A stretch of DNA of 63,612 nt, filler included, from Atractiella rhizophila (taxonomy: Eukaryota), in assembly GCA_021432655.1 (NCBI GenBank). It is 3 parts of 3 records of this genome, joined end to end, with 100 filler letters (N's around TTAATTAATTAA, not from the genome) between each part and the next. Parts side by side here need not be neighbours in the genome. Positions count along the whole stretch, not along the records: positions 1 to 28,649 come from MU271730.1; 2 more parts are not named here. The stretch is one strand, 5' to 3'. The translations under genes were made by a program, and so were the position numbers. The notes under the pieces are model-generated. The model was not told the origin of the DNA. It did no database searches and saw only the letters and a list, made by a program, of their open reading frames with translations. Within the stretch, counting starts at the first letter, position 1; each line of letters starts with the position of its first letter. This document shows positions 13,275 through 24,686 of this stretch, piece after piece.

Positions 13275-13958
13275 GTGGTTAGGATGCCAATGCTTCTGTT
13301 TTGCCCCACTGGAATCATGAAAACGCAAGAACTGAACCAGCGAGATGACGTGTTCAAGGTGTTTGTGGATTTGAATAACGAAGGCTTGAGGCAAAGACCT
13401 AATACAGATCCTGCTCACACACCGTCACCTAAGAGACCAGTCCCTTTCAGAATTCCAACATCAAGGGATCCCACTCAAAGCCCATCGAAACGCGATTTTG
13501 ACGGCGTCGACCTTTTCGATCGGGAGCGAAAGCCCAAAAAATCCAAGATACGTGGAGCAAGTTGGGTAAATGGTGCGAGTTGTGTCCTCTCTCCATTCCC
13601 TACCTTACACTTGCCCGTAGGGATCCTTTTAGAGCAGAAAGGAGCCACGCCAAGACGTTCGCTTCCAGTGCCGAGCACTGAACGCGTTGATCTTTTTGCG
13701 GGTTCACCTGTAACGAAAAGGCGGAATATGATGTTGGACAGGACGCCGAATGTGCTGGATAGCATTGAACGGATTAGAAGTGCGAAGAAGAAGAGAGATG
13801 TGATCGGTAATGCTTAATAATTCTTGGCTAGGTGCTCCGCTTACATTGGTTAAGGCCTTATCAACAACATGGAACGCATGGCCCTTCCATCAGACGGGTG
13901 TATCATGCCACCTTTAACAAGAACGGCTTCCTCACCCAGTCTGAAAATGGTCATTAAT
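13275..13958 (+). CDS. Hypothetical protein, SP/TP-rich and basic; 5' exons unresolved
   Basis: 180-aa ORF starting at a ctgcag acceptor, with plausible downstream splice sites. No start codon could be assigned. Confidence 0.4.
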
Positions 13959-14047
13959 TAATTCGTTCTACTCTAAACGCTTGAATATGAATCGTGATGT
14001 TAGAAATGTGATTATTTAATTTTTCCAAAGCCCTCTCGAGTTACAAG

Positions 14048-15032
14048 TTACATGAAGTCATCGTCATCGACGTTATCTGTCGGGTCTGCATTCGCAAAAA
14101 CAGAATCATAACTTCTTGCCTCCGCTTCGGCCTTTCGCTGCTTTGCGAGCTCTTCCTGCTCCTTCTTCTGCTCCGAGTCTTTAAAGTTAATACACAGAAC
14201 AGTCTCATAAGAGAAACGAACGCGTTGAAGAGCCTCTGCTTTCTTGACTCTCGAAGCCTCCTTCTGCCGAGCAACCAGCTCTGCCTCATGATCCACCTCC
14301 TTCACTACCTTAGTCTTGTTTAATCGATTGACCACTGCGTTGACTCGTGTAGGCACATGAAAACGTTTTACGAGCTTGTCATTATGGAATGTGACGCTGC
14401 CAACATCCATATCCCCAGTCTTCTTGAGATTCTTCGATGGCGTATAGATGATAGTTACATTGTCCTTCTTGTTGCCTTCGATCGAACCTACGACAAATAT
14501 TCAAGAACAGGTAAATCGACGCATCAGTTGGAAGGGAGCCTACCAGCTTTCACGAGTTGTGAACAATCCTCTAGAACCTTTGAAGGTATGGCATCCCAGG
14601 TCATCGAAGCTGGAAGGCGGAGATATATGTGGGGAGAAGATAGCTATGGTCAGATTAGAACGTATTGCTGTTCATAGGAAACTGTTTTTACTTTGTCGAC
14701 ATGAAACCAAATGTCGTTTTCGAGAGCATACCTAATGAGATCTTCATCTACTCAAACATCAAAGTTTGTACGACAATGGTAGCATCTAATCCTTACTCTC
14801 GAACTGTGGCACAAATCAGCGATCCGCTTTCGAAAAAAGGAGCGAGGTCAATTGCTCACTTTATCTTTCCCTGCATATCTAAAGATATCAACCTATGAGC
14901 AAAGCACAATGGTACTATCTTACATGGAGAGAAGATTGTCATCCCCAAGGGCTGCATCGCAATGTTGGAATTAGACTACTGTTACCACAAAAGCCAGTCA
15001 TGCGTACCATTGGAAGTGTAAAACAGCACCAT
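14048..15032 (-). CDS. CCDC25/Jlp2-family NFACT-R RNA-binding protein
   Basis: Spliced reading [69 protein letters not shown]; includes a 7-nt microexon at 14797-14803. Confidence 0.92.
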
Positions 15033-15496
15033 CGCAAGGGTAAATCTGCTATTCCAGCCAAACCTTTTCTGAGATAGCTCAGCCTCTTCTGTTTGATCTG
15101 ATCAAGCGCTTTCGAAATGATCGCGACAAATGGAGGAAATGCTGCCGGTCCCGAGCCCAACATTCGAACAAGGAACCATTTCAGTGCCAGTCACCTTCTT
15201 TCACGTGATATTTGTTCACAGTTACTCTACAATCCACCATCCCTATCAATTCGAAACACAAGTTAAGGCAGGTTGGGACTTGACTGGATCACACGGTGAG
15301 TGTTTGATTACCAGCTAGCTACTGGCTGCAAATTGCGTGATATGCTTACACAACAATACTTCACTGTTCAGATTTGCGAGCCCCTGTATATTACATAACA
15401 TAATACCTCCAACACGCTGAGCTAAGCATCATACCATACCACAACAGCAGGAGATACACATTTGCAGTGCGCCTGTCAGAGATATACGCGGGAGCA

Positions 15497-18102
15497 ATGC
15501 GTCCAAGTCCTGGTGTGCATCCTTGAGTCTCGTTGCTGCGAATGCCTGCGCTTACAAGGATGAGTTAGGGACATCGTGCGTTGCGTGCAAGAAAGGTCTG
15601 TACCCTCAGCCAGCTGCAAGATTGCCTTTTTATTGATCTCATAGGCAAACGAAAATGTATTCGCGACAGCGAAGACTTAACAAAATCGTGCTTAAACTGT
15701 GTTTCCAAACGTCGAGAGTGAGCTCGTCCATAAAAACTTACTGGTTCAAACTTGATTGGAGGATATAGGTGTATTCTTCAAGTCTTAAAACCGAGAGCTG
15801 AACGAAAGCCGAGTGGAACATTAGTGAGGTAAGCTGCTTTCTAGCCGTTCTACAGCACATCAACTGTTTCACAGTATACCGAAGCCTAAACCACATCACG
15901 AACCTCGCAACTCCAATGTGTCGCGAGCCGATGTCAGTCTTGCGAGGAAAACTTTGGGGCTTGCTTCCATGCTGCGGCTGTTGCGTGGTGAGCACTATCC
16001 CTGTCAGCAGCTTGTTCCTGAAAGACTCGTAGATGGTTACCGACAGGCGTTCTCTACTTTATTCATTCCGAGTCTCTCAAAGCGGATAGACGAATCCAAT
16101 CTTGACTGGATCCAGAAGTGTCCCTTTGGCAGTATGTCCACAGACCTAACTCGAGGTCATAGCTTCAAGCCTGGTTTAGGTATCATTTTCTTGACGCTTT
16201 CGGTATACGGAGCTCGACTTTCAGACCATCCTGAGCTTATATCGTCAGTCAAACCTCCATCCCATGATCCAGGAGACTTCAGAGCCTTCGGTAGAGCTCG
16301 AGAAGGACCGTGCCGCGAACTTCTTTCGCAACTCATGAAAGCGTGCTTTGAAGACGAACATCTCAAGGTCCCTTCTCTGCAGGCTGTAACCATCATTCTC
16401 GACGTCGCTCGCGTTTTGATGAGGGAATTCGACGATGTATATAGTACGAGTCAAGCGAGACAAAAGCGAAGACATGCGTCCTCTCCATCTCATGCTTTAC
16501 CATCGTCCACTTTCGCCGCGGCGTCCCTAGCCTCAGCTCTGGAAATGAGAGAACTACTCGAGCTGGCCAAGCGTCATTTGGATCATTATTACTATGGCGG
16601 TCGGCCCGCTTCCTTTTTGATTTCTGAACTCCCTCATAGACCCCTGGTAGACGAAGTCTGCCGCTTCGCAGTAAGTCATGAATGACCTTATGGTGTCTCT
16701 GACCTGGATAAAACTCTAACTTGGATTATTCGCAGTGGTGTGATCTTTGGATTTCGTCAGCCATATCTTTCTCGCCGCTCATGTAAGTTAGTGTCATAGA
16801 ACATCGCTTTTGATGCTAACTCTTTGGACAGGTCAATTTCGGACTGGCATGCTTTCGATGTCTACCTTCCTTGGCTTAACCCAAGATCGTATTTTGACAT
16901 CCAAACCTTTGTGCGAGAGCCGGGTCCAACCTGCTACGAAGATCAAGAGTCTTTGACATTCATATCACAAGTTACGGTTCAACACAGCATCACCATGGCT
17001 ATGCTCTTCTTTCGTTGTTGGCAGGACAATCGAACTCGAGGTTATTTCATCCCATCCACCGACTGGGAGGTGAAATTGTCAAAACAGTGGTCTCCAGCCA
17101 ATGTCCTCAGCTCGCTCATAACCGAAATTGACTTAGTGAAGGCCTGGCGAAGGTCGACACACTACCTCATCCCATCTTCTTGGAAGGTGCATGGGTTATA
17201 TGGCGAAGAAGAGCCTTGCTCGACTCGCGAATCGGTGATTTTAAGAGCAAGGCACAGATTTGCCTGTTTTGCCCTCGCAGAAGAAACTGTAGAGATGCTG
17301 AGCGACCCACAAAGGGAAATCATCGAACCTGGGGATGAAGAGGAGCTCAAACTGATGAAAAGTGTTTGGGAGAGCTTAAGGGAACGGGCACACGAGGACA
17401 TCGATGCCATCCTGGATGGTTTGATCGAACTCAACTTTGATGTGAGCACGGTTTATCTCGCTTCGTTTTCTCGAGCTTGATGAATTTCCTTTTGAAGATC
17501 AAGGAAACAAAATCTCTAGCGTTTTACTACTGTGTGCGAGAAATCATTCTGATTCTCAAAGAACTTCCCTCCGGGCTATCTTACCTCAGGCGATATGTGG
17601 ACGATGTACCCAATGTTCGGATTCAAGGTGATAAATTTCGAAAGGTTCAAAAGTACGTTCCCATTTTAAGTGAAAAGCTTAAAATCGAATAATCTATTGT
17701 CGCAGCCTCATCCATCTGAACAAATCACTAAGTTGGTTCGGCGAGTCCTTCGCCGACAACGTCGACGTGTTGGAGGACAGCTTTGCCAGTTTCGCTTCCA
17801 CGATCCACAACCATTATACATGTCCGCTCCTTCCGCCCCCAGATACAGACCAAATCGGATTAAAGATATCTCCACGGCTTAATTTCAAGACGAAGGAGGT
17901 CGCAAAGGTTCGTTGGAAAGCGGACGTGGACACCGTGCTGGACCACGAGAGCTTGATTGCTCTCCTCATGGTCCAAGATGCTCTCTCCGACATCTCGAGC
18001 CATCCAACAGACCCTCTCTCAGTTGGTCGTTCTTCAAATTCGAGCCAAACTTGTTCAGAACCTCTGTCAGTGGATTACTCATCGAATTCTGAGCAAATTT
18101 GA
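15497..18102 (+). CDS. Zn(II)2Cys6 transcription factor, copy 1
   Basis: Spliced MRPSPGTS-CVAC-KKGKRK-C-IRDSEDLTKS-CLNC-VSKRRE-C; later exons are ORFs 15918, 16824, 17477 and 17767. Confidence 0.85.
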
Positions 18103-18367
18103 TGCGCTCTCCGTATTCATCTTGATTTTCCCCTTCATTTTTGCCCCAGATACACTGTTAGTAAGGTGATAGACCATATGAAACTTTTATTCTGAGATAC
18201 CGAGAGAGTCTACACAATCGATTACACAACAGCCAACAATCTGTAAACGCTCACGTCAACAAAGTGGGTGCTGAACAGGAGGAAGAAAAGGTGGAGGCAA
18301 GTATGGTTCTTGAAGTAAAAAAGAGAACGCTAACAGAAATGAGTGAGAAAAGAAAGGGCTGCAGTTC

Positions 18368-19614
18368 CTACTTCCTCTTCTTCGCCCCATTCTCTGCTGT
18401 CCCAGCAACCGCGGTCGTAGTCGCTCCCTTAAACTTAGTCGGAAGGGTCTTAACATTCTTCTTCTCCCTCCTCTCACCCTCACCCTCCTCCTCCTCCTCC
18501 TCTTCATTACCAGCAATTCCAGCCTTCTTCCTCCTCCCCGCCTCAAACCTATTGATCCCCCTGCCCTCCTTCCACTCTCCCCTCTCATCCACATCGTCCA
18601 GCTCCTCCTCCCTCCTCGGCCGCATCCTCAACCACTGCATCCTCGGCCCACTCTTCGCCCTCTCGCTCACCCGAAACCCGTATATCTTCGGCGTATAAAT
18701 CCTCGCGCTGCTCGTCATCACCGTCGTCTCTTCCTCTCCATCCGTTCCCACTCCACCAGCGCCCGCAGGTCCACCATTCGCGCCAATAGAGGCGTCCTTA
18801 TCCCTCCCTCCCTTCAAGTACACACCCACGATCCCAGGCTGCAACTCCTTATACGTTTGGAAAAAAAGGTGTGGAAAGGTGGTGCCGAAGAAGGCTCCGT
18901 CGACGGCGTTGAAGCGGGAGGAGGGAGGAGTGTAGGTGTCGATGCAGTTCGAACAGTATAATTTGACCGTGTCTACTCCTGGAAGGTCGGAGCGGCCGCA
19001 GGGAACTACTTTCCATCCGTTGCAGTAGACGCGGGGACAGGCGCCGAAGTGGCCGGATTGGTATTTCTCGTGCTGTTTGCGTCACATCAACATCAACATC
19101 AATGAGACTTCAGATTCTCTTTTAATCGAAGAGAAGCGGAGGAAGGGATGGTGCGAACGTACCATTGCTTGGAGACCTTGACGTGTGACGACGAATCGTT
19201 GGTGTATTAATCCGTAGAGTAGTTCAGCGGAGGATTCGAGGATGGAAACGTCGGGGATTTTAAGTGATTCTTCTTCTGCATCCCGACCAGCAACATTACG
19301 GGTCAGTAACATTATTGAGAGTCGATAAGGAGGGCTTCTGATGTAAAGTCAACGAGAGAGGAAAGAGGAGATCAGGAAGAACTAGAACAAAGAAGACGGA
19401 TGCCTCTTGACATAAAAAAACTCCAGCAAGATGACATCTGCTACTCATCCAGGCCATGAATGGACAGCCGCCACGGACAATAATGTGCGATATCCGCAGC
19501 AATTCAGCTCATGAACAACAACCACCTGAACACTCCTGACCCAAAATAGCAGAAAAGATATCAGAGAACGCACCCGGCTCGACATCCAAAATCATCTCCA
19601 AAGCTTCCTTATAG
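18368..19614 (-). pseudogene. 5'-truncated casein kinase II beta copy (possibly expressed from ATG 19595 or chimeric ATG 19718)
   Basis: Near-identical to 22923-24169. Lacks exon 1 and the WITWFC..NLTGL segment; keeps the Zn-finger and C-terminal exons. Confidence 0.8.
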
Positions 19615-20051
19615 AAACCTTTTCTGAGATAGCTCAGCCTCTTCTGTTTGATCTGATCAAGCGCTTTCGAAATGATCGCGACAAATGGAGGAAATGCTGC
19701 CGGTCCCGAGCCCAACATTCGAACAAGGAACCATTTCAGTGCCAGTCACCTTCTTTCACGTGATATTTGTTCACAGTTACTCTACAATCCACCATCCCTA
19801 TCAATTCGAAACACAAGTTAAGGCAGGTTGGGACTTGACTGGATCACACGGTGAGTGTTTGATTACCAGCTAGCTACTGGCTGCAAATTGCGTGATATGC
19901 TTACACAACAATACTTCACTGTTCAGATTTGCAAGCCCCTGTATATTACATAACATAATACCTCCAACACGCTGAGCTAAGCATCATACCATACCACAAC
20001 AGCAGGAGATACACATTTGCAGTGCGCCTGTCAGAGATATACGCGGGAGCA

Positions 20052-22657
20052 ATGCGTCCAAGTCCTGGTGTGCATCCTTGAGTCTCGTTGCTGCGAATGC
20101 CTGCGCTTACAAGGATGAGTTAGGGACATCGTGCGTTGCGTGCAAGAAAGGTCTGTACCCTCAGCCAGCTGCAAGATTGCCTTTTTATTGATCTCATAGG
20201 CAAACGAAAATGTATTCGCGACAGCGAAGACTTAACAAAATCGTGCTTAAACTGTGTTTCCAAAGGTCGAGAGTGAGCTCGTCCATAAAAACTTACTGGT
20301 TCAAACTTGATTGGAGGATATAGGTGTATTCTTCAAGTTTTAAAACCGAGAGCTGAACGAAAGCCGAGTGGAACATTAGTGAGGTAAGCTGCTTTCTAGC
20401 CGTTCTACAGCACATCAACTGTTTCACAGTATACCGAAGCCTAAACCACATCACGAACCTTGCAACTCCAATGTGTCGCGAGCCGATGTCAGTCTTGGGA
20501 GGAAAACTTTGGGGCTTGCTTCCATGTTGCGGCTGTTGCGTGGTGAGTACTGTCCCTGTCGGCAGCTTGTTCCTGAAAGACTCGTAGATGGTTACCGACA
20601 GGCGTTCTCTACTTTATTCATTCCGAGTCTCTCAAAGCGGATAGACGAATCCAATCTTGACTGGATCCAGAAGTGTCCCTTTGGCAGTATGTCCACAGAC
20701 CTAACTCGAGGTCATAGCTTCAAGCCTGGTTTAGGTATCATTTTCTTGACGCTTTCGGTATACGGCGCTCGACTTTCAGACCATCCTGAGCTTATATCGT
20801 CAGTCAAACCTCCATCCCATGATCCAGGAGACTTCAGAGCCTTCGGTAGAGCTCGAGAAGGACCGTGTCGCGAACTTCTTTCGCAACTCATGAAAGCGTG
20901 CTTTGAAGACGAACATCTCAAGGTCCCTTCTCTGCAGGCTGTAACCATCATTCTCGACGTCGCTCGCGTTTTGATGAGGGAATTCGACGATGTATATAGT
21001 ACGAGTCAAGCGAGACAAAAGCGAAGACATGCGTCCTCTCCATCTCATGCTTTACCATCGTCCACTTTCGCCGCGGCGTCCCTAGCCTCAGCTCTGGAAA
21101 TGAGAGAACTACTCGAGCTGGCCAAGCGTCATTTGGATCATTATTACTATGGCGGTCGGCCCGCTTCCTTTTTGATTTCTGAACTCCCTCATAGACCCCT
21201 GGTAGACGAAGTCTGCCGCTTCGCAGTAAGTCATGAATGACCTTATGGTGTCTCTGACCTGGATAAAACTCTAACTTGGATTATTCGCAGTGGTGTGATC
21301 TTTGGATTTCGTCAGCCATATCTTTCTCGCCCCTCATGTAAGTTAGTGTCATAGAACATCGCATTTGATACTAACTCTTTGGACAGGTCAATTTCAGACT
21401 GGCATGCTTTCGATGTCTACCTTCCTTGGCTCAACCCAAGATCATATTTTGACATCCAAACCTTTGTGCGAGAGCCAGGTCCAACCTGCTACGAAGATCA
21501 AGAGTCGTTGACATTCATATCACAAGTTACGGTTCAACACAGCATCACCATGGCTATGCTCTTCTTTCGCTGTTGGCAGGACAATCGAACTCGAGGCTAT
21601 TTCATCCCATCCACCGACTGGGAGGCGAAACTGTCAAAACAGTGGTCTCCAGCCAATGTCCTCAGCTCGCTCATAACCGAAATTGACTTAGTGAAGGCCT
21701 GGCGAAGGTCGACACACTACCTCATCCCATCTTCGTGGAAGGTGCACGGGTTATATGGCGAAGAAGAGCCTTGCTCGACTCGCGAATCGGTGATTTTAAG
21801 AGCAAGGCACAGATTTGCCTGTTTTGCCCTCGCAGAAGAAACTGTAGAGCTGCTGAGCGACCCACAAAGGGAAATCATCGAACCTGGGGATGAAGAGGAG
21901 CTCAAACTGATGAAAAGTGTTTGGGAGAGCTTAAGGGAACGGGCACACGAGGACATCGATGCCATCCTGGATGGTTTGATCGAACTCAACTTTGATGTGA
22001 GCACGGTTTATCTCGCTTCTTTTTCTCGAGCTTGATGAATTTCCTTTTGAAGATCAAGGAAACAAAATCTCTAGCGTTTTACTACTGTGTGCGAGAAATC
22101 ATTCTGATTCTCAAAGAACTTCCCTCCGGGCTATCTTACCTCAGGCGATATGTGGACGATGTACCCAATGTTCGGATTCAAGGTGATAAATTTCGAAAGG
22201 TTCAAAAGTACGTTCCCATTTTAAGTGAAAAGCTTAAAATCGAATAATCTATTGTCGCAGCCTCATCCATCTGAACAAATCACTAAGTTGGTTCGGCGAG
22301 TCCTTCGCCGACAACGTCGACGTGTTGGAGGACAGCTTTGCCAGTTTCGCTTCCACGATCCACAACCATTATACATGTCCGCTCCTTCCGCCCCCAGATA
22401 CAGACCAAATCGGATTAAAGATATCTCCACGGCTTAATTTCAAGACGAAGGAGGTCGCAAAGGTTCGTTGGAAAGCGGACGTGGACACCGTGCTGGACCA
22501 CGAGAGCTTGATTGCTCTCCTCATGGTCCAAGATGCTCTCTCCGACATCTCGAGCCATCCAACAGACCCTCTCTCAGTTGGTCGTTCTTCAAATTCGAGC
22601 CAAACTTGTTCAGAACCTCTGTCAGTGGATTACTCATCGAATTCTGAGCAAATTTGA
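20052..22657 (+). CDS. Zn(II)2Cys6 transcription factor, copy 2
   Basis: Duplicate of 15497-18102 with a few substitutions (e.g. SKRRE/SKGRE, EVKL/EAKL). Confidence 0.85.
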
Positions 22658-22922
22658 TGCGCTCTCCGTATTCATCTTGATTTTCCCCTTCATTTTTGCC
22701 CCAGATACACTGTTAGTAAGGTGATAGACCATATGAAACTTTTATTCTGAGATACCGAGAGAGTCTACACAATCGATTACACAACAGCCAACAATCTGTA
22801 AACGCTCACGTCAACAAAGTGGGTGCTGAACAGGAGGAAGAAAAGGTGGAGGCAAGTATGGTTCTTGAAGTAAAAAAGAGAACGCTAACAGAAATGAGTG
22901 AGAAAAGAAAGGGCTGCAGTTC

Positions 22923-24686
22923 CTACTTCCTCTTCTTCGCCCCATTCTCTGCTGTCCCAGCAACCGCGGTCGTAGTCGCTCCCTTAAACTTAGTCGGAAG
23001 GGTCTTAACATTCTTCTTCTCCCTCCTCTCACCCTCACCCTCCTCCTCCTCCTCCTCTTCATTACCAGCAATTCCAGCCTTCTTCCTCCTCCCCGCCTCA
23101 AACCTATTGATCCCCCTGCCCTCCTTCCACTCTCCCCTCTCATCCACATCGTCCAGCTCCTCCTCCCTCCTCGGCCGCATCCTCAACCACTGCATCCTCG
23201 GCCCACTCTTCGCCCTCTCGCTCACCCGAAACCCGTATATCTTCGGCGTATAGATCCTCGCGCTGCTCGTCATCACCGTCGTCTCTTCCTCTCCATCCGT
23301 TCCCACTCCACCAGCGCCCGCAGGTCCACCATTAGCGCCCATGGAGGCGTCCTTATCCCTCCCTCCCTTCAAGTACACACCCACGATCCCGGGCTGCAAC
23401 TCCTTATACGTTTGGAAAAAAAGGTGTGGAAAGGTGGTGCCGAAGAAGGCTCCGTCGACAGCGTTGAAGCGGGAGGAGGGAGGGGTGTAGGTGTCGATGC
23501 AGTTCGAACAGTATAATTTGACCGTGTCTACTCCTGGAAGGTCGGAGCGGCCGCAGGGAACTACTTTCCATCCGTTGCAGTAGACGCGGGGACAGGCGCC
23601 GAAGTGGCCGGATTGGTATTTCTCGTGCTGTTTGCGTCACATCAACATCAACATCAATGAGACTTCAGATTCTCTTTTAATCGAAGAGAAGCGGAGGAAG
23701 GGATGGTGCGAACGTACCATTGCTTGGAGACCTTGACGTGTGACGACGAATCGTTGGTGTATTAATCCGTAGAGTAGTTCAGCGGAGGATTCGAGGATGG
23801 AAACGTCGGGGATTTTAAGTGATTCTTCTTCTGCATCCCGACCAGCAACATTACGGGTCAGTAACATTATTGAGAGTCGATAAGGAGGGCTTCTGATGTA
23901 AAGTCAACGAGAGAGGAAAGAGGAGATCAGGAAGAACTAGAACAAAGAAGACGGATGCCTCTTGACATAAAAAAACTCCAGCAAGATGACATCTGCTACT
24001 CATCCAGGCCATGAATGGACAGCCGCCACGGACAATAATGTGCGATATCCGCAGCAATTCAGCTCATGAACAACAACCACCTGAACACTCCTGACCCAAA
24101 ATAGCAGAAAAGATATCAGAGAACGCACCCGGCTCGACATCCAAAATCATCTCCAAAGCTTCCTTATAGAAGGGTACGAGGATATTGAGGCCGGTCAAGT
24201 TGAAATCGTCCTCTATGAAATCCTCAGCGATCTCGCAGAAATATTCGTGTCCAGGCATGGTGCAGAACCAAGTGATCCAAGTGAGCGAGGAAGACGTCGA
24301 CGCTGACCCTTCCTCTTCTATTCATCCATCCACCGCCAAACCACAAAAAATATCAGCATAACTCCCTTACACATGATTGAAGATGAAGAGAGAGATGAAA
24401 ACGGACCGTAACCCTCCATCTCTCCCTCTCCCTCCAAATACTCCTCCTCCTCCTCCTCCTCGCCCTCCACGCCCACTCCACCATCACCGTCTCCTTCTAC
24501 GCCTTCAAACAGTTCGCTCCTCTCTCCGCCTCCCCCCTGCGCAAGAGAATACGACCCTCCGCGCAGACGGAGCACCTGGGCTGATGGTTCGTGTTGCGAT
24601 CGCGAGCAACGAGGGGATGGGTCACGCGGTGGCGAGGCGGTGTGGGTGCGATGCGGGAGTGCTGGGGAGGAGGTGGATGGTGTCAT
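22923..24686 (-). CDS. CKB1: Casein kinase II regulatory beta subunit, full-length
   Basis: Contains [78 protein letters not shown] and [10 protein letters not shown]; four exons, with intron 2 at 23831-24128. Confidence 0.95.

Larger units (their letters stand above)
15060..24169. repeat. Direct tandem duplication with a 4,555-bp unit (15060-19614 / 19615-24169)
   Basis: All ORFs recur at +4555. The junction tag-AA-acct has 2-bp microhomology. Scattered SNPs, no indels seen. Confidence 0.97.
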
